This document shows, one piece after another, positions 1 to 9,000 of a DNA stretch of 64,000 bases (positions are counted from its first letter, which is position 1; every line of letters begins with the position of its first letter). A program made the position numbers and the translations under genes. Source of the DNA: Candidatus Spongiisociaceae bacterium (GTDB lineage: Bacteria; Actinomycetota; Acidimicrobiia; Spongiisociales; Spongiisociaceae). The stretch lies in assembly GCA_965243835.1 (NCBI GenBank), contig OZ251578.1, forward strand, positions 1,760,303-1,824,302, written 5' to 3'. The notes under the pieces were generated by a model. It was not told where the DNA came from. It saw nothing but the letters and a program-made list of their open reading frames with translations, and searched no databases.

Positions 1-2
1 TT

Positions 3-296
3 GTGGACGGCGCCGGGCGGTTGTGGTGCATCGACCACGGGGTGACTTTTCACTCCGCCGCCAAACTGCGCACCGTCCTGTGGAACTTCGCCGGGCGGGC
101 CCTGCCGAAGGAAATGACCGGGGCGGTGCGCCGGTTGCGGGAAAGCCTGCCGGGGGGCCTGTATGCGGAGGTGATGCGCCTGCTGGGGAAACCGGAGGCG
201 GACGCCTTGGCGGCCCGGGCGGACGACCTGCTGGAAAGCCCCGTCCATCCGCAACCGCCGGTGGACCGCCCCCCCGTCCCCTGGCCGGTCTGGTAA
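3..296 (+). CDS. C-terminal fragment of a PI3/4-kinase-like (SCO1664-family-like) protein; gene starts upstream of window
   Basis: ORF runs from window edge; motif WCIDHGVTFH resembles the catalytic-loop region of the actinobacterial SCO1664 / PI3_PI4-kinase-like family; recalled from memory only. Confidence 0.35.
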   Translation: MDGAGRLWCIDHGVTFHSAAKLRTVLWNFAGRALPKEMTGAVRRLRESLPGGLYAEVMRLLGKPEADALAARADDLLESPVHPQPPVDRPPVPWPVW

Positions 297-392
297 CCCG
301 TTTCGGTCCGGCCTTGGGCTTGGCCGCCGGACTTTCCCGGCCCTGGGCCGGATGCGCCGGTTGCGCGCAGGCTTTGCGGCTAGGATGGCACT

Positions 393-569
393 ATGACGAC
401 CGCCCCTCCCCCGCCTACCGGCGTCTGGTCCAAAACCCTGGCCGTCCTGGCTCTGGCGGGCGTGCTGGTCCTGTTCATTCTCTGGCCCGACCCCGGAGCC
501 CCCGTCGACCCCTCCCCCGCCACCGTCGCCGAAACCACCACTACCGCCGCTACCGAAGCAACCCCGTAA
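393..569 (+). CDS. small hydrophobic Pro/Thr-rich protein (58 aa), hypothetical
   Basis: ATG at 393, in-frame to TAA at 567-569; one predicted TM helix (LAVLALAGVLVLFILW); GC-rich codon usage like the host; below the ORF-track size cutoff. Confidence 0.2.
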   Translation: MTTAPPPPTGVWSKTLAVLALAGVLVLFILWPDPGAPVDPSPATVAETTTTAATEATP

Positions 570-1344
570 CTCCCTTTCCCGCAGTCCCCGGTGCGAACGG
601 CAGGCTGTTTAACACGATCTGATGCAACTCCCCGTAATCCAAGATATCAAACGTGTCGGCTTTGATGTTCAGGGTTTTACATAACTCATTGGCGCTGTCT
701 GTTTGGAACAAGTATTCATTGTTAGCCAAAGCTATGTCATAGATGGCGGCTATTAGAACCGGATTAGACGAGAAAGCGCGAGCCATCAGCTGATGATACA
801 AACCTACATTGTTTGCCATAGTTTTTAGAAACGTATCAGAAGAATGCATGGAAAATTCTGAAGCCCGGAGCGCGTTTTCCGCCAACCACCACAGGCGGGC
901 GGCGGCGTTCCAGGTCCTGCCCGGCTTCCCGATCCACAACCAATGCCTCTTCACAAAATGCGCGGGCTTCTGTTTTTTGATGTGACTTTTCCAGCGCACC
1001 GAAACGTAGGGCGACAAGGCAAAACAATTCAGGGAAGCCCAAAAACGGCCGTCGTAGGCTTGTTCGGAGGAGAGGCCGGCCACGGCTTGCCGAAGGAGCG
1101 GCGCGTAGTGGGCGTCGGTCTTGGGCCCCGCTCGCCGGATTTGATTGAGCGGGTCCAACGGTATTCTCAGCTTGATGTCCGGATAGTCGTATGGCAGCTC
1201 GCCTTTTTCCGCGGCTAAATAGTCGAAACTCTCTTTGAGTTGCCTGCTGTCGCCTTGCAGGAACAGGTGGGGAACGGTATCAGCCAACTCCTCCATAATG
1301 CGGTACCCGCCTTGGTCGAGTCGGGGGACGTAGTTCAAAATCAT
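550..1344 (-). CDS. uncharacterized 264-aa protein, paralog of the ORF at 2265..3047; last gene of the 5-gene minus-strand operon
   Basis: Clear paralogy to 2265..3047 (shared blocks LDPLNQI, DAHYAPLxRQAV, LNCFAxSPYVxVRW, HWLW, NAAARLWWL, YHQL, AAxYDxA). Both flank a PAPS-reductase-like gene, which recalls the DUF4007-type partners of PAPS-reductase genes; family assignment from memory only. Confidence 0.6.
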   Translation of the reverse strand: MILNYVPRLDQGGYRIMEELADTVPHLFLQGDSRQLKESFDYLAAEKGELPYDYPDIKLRIPLDPLNQIRRAGPKTDAHYAPLLRQAVAGLSSEQAYDGRFWASLNCFALSPYVSVRWKSHIKKQKPAHFVKRHWLWIGKPGRTWNAAARLWWLAENALRASEFSMHSSDTFLKTMANNVGLYHQLMARAFSSNPVLIAAIYDIALANNEYLFQTDSANELCKTLNIKADTFDILDYGELHQIVLNSLPFAPGTAGKGVTGLLR

Positions 1345-1422
1345 ACCGGCACTATAGCGTAATCCAATCCGCCATAGCCGCCCGCGGCTACTTTTTCATA
1401 CGGGCTTGCGACATTCAAAAAT

Positions 1423-2238
1423 TCAGAGGGCGCAGTGGCCTTCGCACTCGTTCATAAAGTGGTCTTCTTCCTCCTCCTGGTCGGCCCGGATGGCTTCGGC
1501 GAGCGGTATGCGGCGGTGGTGGAGGAAAGCCCGCTTGCGGAACATTTGGGAGGCGTTGTGGTCGGGCGAGCGGAGGCGGGCGTCCATCCGCACCGCCTCC
1601 TCGAACAGGTCGGGGTCGCTTTCCCGCACTTCCAGCCAGCTGGCCGTACTGCGGAACGGGCATCCCACGCAGGCGCTCCTGGCCAGGGTGCGGCCCGGAT
1701 AGTTGGCCTCGAACCAGCCCTGGCATTCCCGGCGGGACATCGGCTGGTCGTCTATCAGCGGGAAGCGGTGCTTGATCCACCATTCGCGGTTCGGTTTGGC
1801 CCGCATCACCTCATCGGTGGATATGCCCAGCCACATTTCCACGTTGGTGTCCGCCGACAGCATCTGCCGGGGCCGGACGCCGAGCAGTTTTCTTACTTCG
1901 ATCCGGATCGGGTCCAACTTGTAGTTTTTGGTGCACTGCCGCCAGTTGATGCCCGCCGGGTCGCCGTTGCGCTCGGCCAAGAAGGCGGGGATGGTCAACC
2001 AGGGTTGCCCCTGGGCGTTTACCCCGTCGCGGACGTCATCCCGCAGGCTCCGCCCGTTGCTGATGGTGTGGATCGGGAAACTGACCTGCGAGCGGAGCCA
2101 TTCCACCGTGTCGTACACCCCCTGCGGCTCCCATCCCGTGTCGGCGAAGAGGGCTATATCCGGCTTGACCCCGAATACGCCCCGCTCGGCCAGAAGGCAC
2201 ATCACCGTGCTCTGAATGCCCCCGCCCAAACTGACCAC
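1423..2238 (-). CDS. phosphoadenosine-phosphosulfate (PAPS) reductase family protein (DndC/SspD-like ATP pyrophosphatase fold)
   Basis: N-terminal PP-loop-like motif VSLGGGIQS followed by DTGWE. This is typical of PAPS-reductase-like proteins of DNA-modification systems and phages. A C-terminal Cys cluster (CVGCP ... CEGHC) is present. Confidence 0.75.
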   Translation of the reverse strand: MVSLGGGIQSTVMCLLAERGVFGVKPDIALFADTGWEPQGVYDTVEWLRSQVSFPIHTISNGRSLRDDVRDGVNAQGQPWLTIPAFLAERNGDPAGINWRQCTKNYKLDPIRIEVRKLLGVRPRQMLSADTNVEMWLGISTDEVMRAKPNREWWIKHRFPLIDDQPMSRRECQGWFEANYPGRTLARSACVGCPFRSTASWLEVRESDPDLFEEAVRMDARLRSPDHNASQMFRKRAFLHHRRIPLAEAIRADQEEEEDHFMNECEGHCAL

Positions 2239-2264
2239 CCTCAGCGCCGGAGGGGCGACCGACT

Positions 2265-3047
2265 TTACCCGGTGGCCCCCCGTTCTTTTGGGGGCAGACT
2301 CTTCTCTACTATCTCATATAACTCATCATATCCAAACAAATCAAAACTAACAGTCCCCGCCCGCAAATTAAGAGCCTTCATCAACTGATTCGGGTACGGT
2401 TTACCAAACAAATAATCATGTTTCTCTATGGCCAAATCATACACGGCCGCCACTAGAATAGGGTTGGCGGCACTGTAAGTACGATCCGTTAATTGATGAT
2501 ATAACTCCACATTATCAGCCATAAATTCCAACAACTGTTCCTTTGAATATTTGGAGTATTCCGCCGCTCTATAGGCGGTTTCATATAGCCACCATAACCG
2601 GGCGGCGGCATTGGAAATACGAGGTCTAGTATTCCACAGCCAGTGATTTTTGACAAAATTAATAGGAAGAGCTTTCTTTAAATGGCTAGTGCTCCAACGA
2701 ACTGTTACATAAGGTGAGATGGCAAAGCAATTGATAGATGTCCATAACGTATCTCCAGCCGCCTCTGCCGGGCTTATACCGGAAACGGCCTGACGTACCA
2801 GCGGAGCATAGTGAGCATCGGAACCCGGACCAGACTGCTCAATTTGATTTAGAGGATCCAACGGTGCCTCCAATTCAATCTTCTTGGAGTGATATGGAGA
2901 ATCTCCGTTTTTGTCAGCCCTCTCCTCAATGCGTTTCCGGAGTTCATCCATATCACCTTTCAAGAAAAGGCCGGGGGTCTCCTCAGCCAGTTCATCTACA
3001 ATCAAGTAGCCATCTTCATTGAGCATAGGGATACTATTCAGCATCAT
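2265..3047 (-). CDS. uncharacterized 260-aa protein, paralog of 550..1344
   Basis: Same conserved blocks as 550..1344; start overlaps the stop of the upstream gene by 14 nt (operon). Confidence 0.6.
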   Translation of the reverse strand: MMLNSIPMLNEDGYLIVDELAEETPGLFLKGDMDELRKRIEERADKNGDSPYHSKKIELEAPLDPLNQIEQSGPGSDAHYAPLVRQAVSGISPAEAAGDTLWTSINCFAISPYVTVRWSTSHLKKALPINFVKNHWLWNTRPRISNAAARLWWLYETAYRAAEYSKYSKEQLLEFMADNVELYHQLTDRTYSAANPILVAAVYDLAIEKHDYLFGKPYPNQLMKALNLRAGTVSFDLFGYDELYEIVEKSLPPKERGATG

Positions 3048-3936
3048 CTATCAATCCTAACTTGAATAGTCGGCCAAATGGTCGCAACAACGAATCGCTG
3101 GTCAACAATAACTGAGCGGCTCTCATAATCGTATGTTCTGAGCCAAAATTAGAACTTCCTAAATTAATATTGTTGTCTTTTAGTTTTTGATGAATACATC
3201 TATACCAACCTATTGATGGTATAGATTCGGGTATTTCACCATCATTGTCATCATCTAATTCACGAAAATAAGATAATACAGTAATCAAAGAACTCAAAAA
3301 GACGCTGGGAATAGTTGCGTTCCTAACGCCTCGTAACCTACGAAACATATCGATGGTATCCTGATTGGCAATAATATCTACAAATCGTTCATTATGGTCA
3401 ATTTTTAAATCAAACTCATCTACCTTATATTCATCCTGGTTATCTACTTTAAGTTTGAATAAACTGTCCACCTTCAATTGTTGTGGATTAACTACGAAAG
3501 ACCAAGAATTATCAACAGCCAAGGGTCGACCTTTCTCGATTGGTATAGATATATTACCATATTCAGTATGAGCGGTAGAAGTAGGAAAATTCTCGATAGT
3601 ATCACAGGCGACAATAGCCGGATGCACCTCCACTTGATTCCTTAGGTATCTCATAGATATAGTTTCCAGCAGGCAAAACCTGTTATTATCTAATGTAGTT
3701 TCCAACGGTTGACGGTACATAGTATCACGACAATATAACATCGCCAAACAGCGAGCTTGCGAGGTGAGGATATGCTCCTCTATGATTTCATCACTTATCA
3801 AAAATTCCAACTTCACTTCAACATTGCTGGAAGTTTGCCGATTTTCCAGTAAAGTAGAGAAACTACTCTTAGGATAATCATCGGAATGCGGCCTGATGAC
3901 AGGATAAAGATAGTGCCGGTTGGCATCGTATTTCAT
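3034..3936 (-). CDS. hypothetical protein (300 aa), AT-rich, no recognizable motif
   Basis: Long ORF in a low-GC segment. Tightly packed between the GHKL ATPase gene (2-nt gap) and the paralog gene (14-nt overlap). Confidence 0.5.
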   Translation of the reverse strand: MKYDANRHYLYPVIRPHSDDYPKSSFSTLLENRQTSSNVEVKLEFLISDEIIEEHILTSQARCLAMLYCRDTMYRQPLETTLDNNRFCLLETISMRYLRNQVEVHPAIVACDTIENFPTSTAHTEYGNISIPIEKGRPLAVDNSWSFVVNPQQLKVDSLFKLKVDNQDEYKVDEFDLKIDHNERFVDIIANQDTIDMFRRLRGVRNATIPSVFLSSLITVLSYFRELDDDNDGEIPESIPSIGWYRCIHQKLKDNNINLGSSNFGSEHTIMRAAQLLLTSDSLLRPFGRLFKLGLIDDAE

Positions 3937-3938
3937 TA

Positions 3939-5801
3939 CTACTCCTCAAAAAATCTTATGGAAAAAGTTTTATCTGTGACAGGTTCCCTGGTAAAAATTT
4001 CTATTTCCCGGCGTTCGCCTGGTTCCGCATCGGGCAAGGAAAATAAATTGTCATCTACAACTTGCAGCGATTCGCCTCCTACGCTGGCTTTCCTAATACC
4101 CATAGGATACTTCGTCCCATCCTCACCCACCGACAACATTTCTATCTTGGTTGGAGTAGTTTCGGGTTGCTCAAAAGCAACAATAACCGAATGTGCATCA
4201 CTTGATCCTTTTCTAAAACGAACTCCCACAAAACTTTGGGGCGTGGCTGTGGCTTGCCGCTTTTCACCTTTCTTGCCCTTTTCCTGTCCCAGTCTATAAG
4301 TACTTGTGTCACCATTACCCGGAGTTTCAGTCGGTTGTTTATCCCGTTTTTTGGATTTTGTCTTTTTGGGTCTCCATGGTGCTCTAAGACTCTGAACAGG
4401 GTCTGTAACGATTGGATCGCCTTGGTTATCGGATTGATCCCGTCCTGTATCTTGGGATTCATCGCCCTCAATAGGAAGAAACTCCGCGAGCTCGTCGACG
4501 CTTTCTGAATCTGAGCCGGGATCGGGCTCTACAAAGTCCTTAATCACCTGATAACACCACCTGCCTATTTCATCAAACAACCCCTTGGCCTTTTTGCGCA
4601 ATTTTTCATCGCTAATATTGTCTATGCTTATTTGATCGTGCCTCGGAGATTCTGCCTGCCTCAACAGGGCTTCCCCTTTAGACTTGCATTCTATGATAGC
4701 GGTAAACCCCCACCAATGAGTAGGAAGCATAGCTAACTTAGGGAATATATATTTCCGGTCGGTTGTGATAAGCATACCAGCATCTCGCACTAATGCTATT
4801 TTCTTGTTACGAGTTTCCTTATCTACTTCAATACGAATTGATATTTCTCCTACATCATCCGCAGTAAAACGATCCACCGGTGCTTCTAAAGAAACTCGTA
4901 TATAATTCCGAACCATTTTATCTTGGATATCCTGTAAATAGTGCTTGTATGTCTTCACATTTATTTTACTATCGCCTACATTTACTTCCAATCCGCCATG
5001 TATAATGGCATGAAAATAATTACTCAGAACAATATCTATACCCCGTTTTTCCCATTCCTCTAACCCATCAGTAAAAGAATATCCAGGTATGTGGATAGCT
5101 GTACCAGGTTTCTTTAATTTTAGGTCAACGGGGACTTTATCGTTCTTAAGGGAATCGAATCTCTTCCCAAGATATCCAACCCTTTTGTATGGAGTACCGC
5201 TTTTGCCTTCGTGAGATACTAATATGGCCTTCCCCATAAAGCGTTGTCGAAGATGTCCGTTCTCCAAAAAGGCGGTGTTATACAATACTGTTCGTAAGGG
5301 AGTAGCAACAAAAGAGGCGAATTTTCCTATACCAAAAGAACCGGCGGCGTCTTTTTGCGGTTTGTTTGTCAGCCCCTCGCCCTTAGTAAGAGTTTCCCAA
5401 AATGTCGGTCGGTTATTATTCTTTATGTCCGTAGCGCCGGTTGTATTACTATCCGTTATACACAAGGATTCAATTGGGCTACCCCCCCCCCCCAATAAAC
5501 CCTTTGCTTTTTCAAAACCGGGGAGATATTTTTCTTCATTGTGGGGAGAATCTATCGCATACTGAATATGCCGCGCCAAACTATCTGTCGCCAACAAAAC
5601 GCCGTCTAACATCTTGTGCTGAAAATTGACTACCACGGGACCGGTGCCGTCCGGGGCTTCGGCATCCAAAGAGTTCTGAATAGCCTCCCTGATGATGGAC
5701 GTTTCGCGGTCGCCGGTAAAATGGGCCATGCCGGGATGGGCCGGCCCCTCGATAGCACCGGCCTGGTTCTCTTCGAACTTCCATTTGAGGTTTTGGCTCA
5801 T
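3939..5801 (-). CDS. GHKL-superfamily (histidine-kinase/MORC-like) ATPase domain protein, about 620 aa; first gene of the operon
   Basis: N box REAIQNSLDA and G box GSFGIGKFASF of Bergerat-fold ATPases. Start assigned to ATG at 5801 (MSQNLKWKF); an alternative start is at 5840. Contains an in-frame G12 tract. Confidence 0.65.
   Translation of the reverse strand: MSQNLKWKFEENQAGAIEGPAHPGMAHFTGDRETSIIREAIQNSLDAEAPDGTGPVVVNFQHKMLDGVLLATDSLARHIQYAIDSPHNEEKYLPGFEKAKGLLGGGGSPIESLCITDSNTTGATDIKNNNRPTFWETLTKGEGLTNKPQKDAAGSFGIGKFASFVATPLRTVLYNTAFLENGHLRQRFMGKAILVSHEGKSGTPYKRVGYLGKRFDSLKNDKVPVDLKLKKPGTAIHIPGYSFTDGLEEWEKRGIDIVLSNYFHAIIHGGLEVNVGDSKINVKTYKHYLQDIQDKMVRNYIRVSLEAPVDRFTADDVGEISIRIEVDKETRNKKIALVRDAGMLITTDRKYIFPKLAMLPTHWWGFTAIIECKSKGEALLRQAESPRHDQISIDNISDEKLRKKAKGLFDEIGRWCYQVIKDFVEPDPGSDSESVDELAEFLPIEGDESQDTGRDQSDNQGDPIVTDPVQSLRAPWRPKKTKSKKRDKQPTETPGNGDTSTYRLGQEKGKKGEKRQATATPQSFVGVRFRKGSSDAHSVIVAFEQPETTPTKIEMLSVGEDGTKYPMGIRKASVGGESLQVVDDNLFSLPDAEPGERREIEIFTREPVTDKTFSIRFFEE
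5482..5493 (-). repeat. homopolymeric tract, C12 on + strand = G12 in the coding strand of the GHKL ATPase gene (encodes GGGG; currently in frame)
   Basis: 12 consecutive C at 5482-5493 inside an otherwise AT-rich gene. Confidence 0.9.
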
Positions 5802-5866
5802 AGCGGGCCCTATATTACACTGGTCGGGCGGGGAAGGCAAATCCGCCGTCCCGCCGAGGAGGACTG

Positions 5867-6856
5867 ATGACCAAATTCGCTTATTTCTGCGGCCATGAGC
5901 AGTGGCACCCGGAGCAACTGGTGGAGCATGCGGTGCGGGCCGAGCAGGCCGGGTTCGACATGCTGGTGGTGTCGGAGCACTTTCACCCCTGGGTGGACGA
6001 CGCCTCGGCCTCCGGCTTCGCCTACGCCACCATCGCCGCCATGGCCCAGGCCACCGAGCGGGTGGAGTTCACCACCGGGGTGACCACCCCCCTGTGGCGA
6101 TTCCATCCCGCCTTGGTCGCCCAGGCGGCCGCCACCCTGGACCGGCTGAGCGGCGGACGGTTCCGCCTGGGAGTGGGCACCGGCGAGAACATCAACGAAG
6201 GTCCGCTCGGATACCGCTTCCCCAAGTATGCGGAACGGGCCGCCCGAATGGACGAGGCCCTGCAAATAATGCGGCGGATGCTGGATGGGGAGAAACTCAC
6301 CTTCGAGGGCGAATATTACGTAACCGACAGGGCCAAACTCTACTCCCCTCCCCTGTCCCGGGTGCCGATCCTGATGGCGGCGGGCGGCCCCAAGTCGGCC
6401 CGGCTGGCCGGTCGGCGGGCGGATGGGGTGATCGTGTCGGTGAAAGACCCGGCGGACGCCATGGAGCGGGTAATCGGCCCCGTCCGGGAGGAGGCCGCCG
6501 CCCACGGCCGCCCCGCCCCCACCGTGCTCACCTCCCGGTGGGCGATCCTGGCCGGAGACGATGACGAGGCGTGGCAAGCGTTGTTTTCCTGGCGTGGCCT
6601 GCGGGCCCCGGGACGTCTGGAGGCGGTGGATCCGATGACCCTGCGGGAGCGGGCCGACGAGTTGCCCCGCTCCGAGGTGCTGGGCCGCTACGCCCGCACC
6701 GCCAACGCCGCCGACATCATCGACGTCTACACGCCGCTACTCAAAGACATCGACGCCGATGTGATAACCATTCAGATGGCCGCCGTCGACCAGGAAGCCC
6801 TCATCGATCTGCTGGGCGCCGAAGTGCTGCCCGCCCTACGCGCCGCCGCCTCGTAA
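5867..6856 (+). CDS. LLM-class F420-dependent oxidoreductase (luciferase-like monooxygenase family)
   Basis: Luciferase-like TIM-barrel motifs (FDMLVVSEHF, RFRLGVGTGE) typical of F420-dependent G6PD-like LLM enzymes. Confidence 0.75.
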   Translation: MTKFAYFCGHEQWHPEQLVEHAVRAEQAGFDMLVVSEHFHPWVDDASASGFAYATIAAMAQATERVEFTTGVTTPLWRFHPALVAQAAATLDRLSGGRFRLGVGTGENINEGPLGYRFPKYAERAARMDEALQIMRRMLDGEKLTFEGEYYVTDRAKLYSPPLSRVPILMAAGGPKSARLAGRRADGVIVSVKDPADAMERVIGPVREEAAAHGRPAPTVLTSRWAILAGDDDEAWQALFSWRGLRAPGRLEAVDPMTLRERADELPRSEVLGRYARTANAADIIDVYTPLLKDIDADVITIQMAAVDQEALIDLLGAEVLPALRAAAS

Positions 6857-9000
6857 ACCCGCCCGGAGATAAGCCCCGATCCCCCCGCACTCCCCAAAAA
6901 CGACCCCCTTGAATTTGCCGCCCACCTGAATTAAACTGAAAAGGCGGAGCAAAACTGAGGGCGGGCGGGTGGGGGGTGGGCGGGACCCCGCCTTCCGAAA
7001 AATTTTTCCGAGAACGCGAAAAAAATACCTATTTTCCCCAATATCTCCGTCAGGGGAACGCCCACCCGCGCTGGCGCCTCCCCCGGCCCCCGTCTTTGTC
7101 ACACCACCGGATTAAGGTAGGTAACCATGATGACATACGACACCCAACTAGCCCATCAACTCCTCCGAGCGGGCGCCGACGACCCGCACGCCGAGTCCGC
7201 CCGCAACAAGAGAAAGCCACCCGCTTCCTAATAACCCCGCCCGAGAAGAAGCACCGCTCCCCCGCACTCCCCAAAACGACCCCCTTGAATTTGTCACACT
7301 AGGCCATTAAAATTAAAGGCGGAGCAAAACTGGGGGCGGGCGGGTCCCCGCCTTCCGAAAATTATTTCCGAGAACGCGAAAAAAATACTTATTCTCCCCA
7401 ATATTTTCCGTCCGAGGAACGCCCACCCGCGCAGTGCCGTCCCTGCCTCCGTCTTTGACACCCCCGGATTAAGGTAGGCAACCATGACATACAACACCCA
7501 ACTAACCCACCAACTCCTCCGAGCGGGCACCGGCGACCCGCACGCCGCGTTCCACCCCCAACCAGAGGAAGCCACCCGCTTCCTAATAACCCCGCCCGAT
7601 GAGAAACACCGCTCCCCCCACACTCCCCAAAAACGACCCCCTTGAATTTGTCACACTCGGCCATTAAAATTAAAGACGGAGCAAAACTGGGGGCGGGCGG
7701 GCGGGGGGTGGGCGGGTCCCCGCCTTCCGAAAAATTTTTCCGAGAACGCGAAAAAAATACTTATATTTATTTCCGTCAGGGGAAACGCCCGCCGCGCCGG
7801 GTCCCGCGCCTTGGCCCCCGTCTTTGTCACACCACCGGATCAAGGTAGGCAACCATGACATACAACACCCAACTAACCCACCAACTCCTCCGAGCGGGCG
7901 CCGACGACCCGCACGCCGAGTTCCACCCGCAACAAGAGAAAGCCACCCGCTTCCTAATAACCCCACCCGAGGAGAAACACCGCTCCCCCCACACTCCCCA
8001 AAACGACCCCCTTGAATTTACCGCCCGCCTGAATTAAACTGAAAAGGCGGAGCAAAACTGGGGGCGGGCGGGACCCCGCCTTCCGAAAAATTTTTCCGAG
8101 AACGCGAAAAAAATACCTATTTCCCCCAATATCTCCGTCAGAGAAACGCCCACCCGCGCTGGCACCTCCCCCGGCCCCCGTCTTTGTCACACCACCGGAT
8201 CAAGGTAGGCAACCATGACATACGACACCCAACTAACCCATCAACTGCTCCAAGCGGGCGCCAGCGACCCGCACGCCGAGTTCCACCCGCAACAAGAGAA
8301 AGCCACCCGCTTCCTAATAACCCCACCCGAGGAGAAACACCGCTCCCCCCACACTCCCCAAAAACGACCCCCTTGAATTTGTCACACTCGGCCATTAAAT
8401 TAAAAAGGCGGAGCAAAACTGGGGGCGGGCGGGCGGGGGGTGGGCGGGTCCCCGCCCTCCGAAAATTTTTTTCCGAGAACGCGAAAAAAATACTTATTTT
8501 TCCCAATATTTCCGTCAGGGGAACGCCTGCCGCGCCGGGTCCCGCGCCTTGACCGCCATCTTTGTCACACCACCGGATCAAGGTAGGCAACCACAACATA
8601 CGACACCCAACTAGCCCATCAACTCCTCCGAGCGGGCACCAACGACCCGCACGCCGCGTTCCACCCGCAACAGGAGAAAGCCACCCGCTTCCTAATAACC
8701 CCACCCGAGGAGAAACACCGCTCCCCCCACACTCCCCAAAAACGACCCCCTTGAATTTGTCACACTCGGCCATTAAATTAAAAAGGCGGAGCAAAACTGG
8801 GGGCGGGCGGGCGGGGGGTGGGCGGGTCCCCGCCCTCCGAAAATTTTTTTCCGAGAACGCGAAAAAAATACTTATTTTTCCCAATATTTCCGTCAGGGGA
8901 ACGCCTGCCGCGCCGGGTCCCGCGCCTTGACCGCCATCTTTGTCACACCACCGGATTAAGGTAGGTAACCATGATGACATACGACACCCAACTAGCCCAT
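6857..9000 (+). repeat. tandem array A: about 5.8 direct copies of a 355-380-bp cassette. Each copy holds a promoter-like element, a G-rich leader, an A5T5 palindrome, an RBS, and the start codon plus about 30 codons of the downstream helicase gene
   Basis: Motif cactccccaaaa(a)cgacccccttgaatttg recurs at about 6887, 7263, 7621, 7991, 8351 and 8731. ATGACATAC start-like segments recur at 7127, 7484, 7855, 8215 and (ATG lost) 8590; the real start is at 8971. Two unit subtypes alternate 1,2,2,1,2,2, implying a higher-order duplication of about 1.1 kb. Copies differ by several percent. Confidence 0.9.
8751..8779 (+). promoter_or_regulatory. sigma70-like promoter candidate (TTGAAT-N17-TAAATT) of the last cassette, about 190 nt upstream of the helicase start; equivalent hexamers are in every cassette
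   Basis: -35 TTGAAT at 8751-8756, 17-nt spacer, -10 TAAATT at 8774-8779. The same architecture (TTGAAT-N17-TAAAAT) is at 7642-7670 and in the other units. Confidence 0.4.

Noticed and set aside
8138-8980. 280-aa minus-strand ORF (and sibling ORFs 6836-8190, 7294-7966) with striking internal protein repeats
   Set aside because: They lie entirely inside tandem array A and are on the strand opposite to the promoter/RBS/start elements. The protein repeats simply mirror the DNA repeat, so this is an artifact of translating a tandem array.
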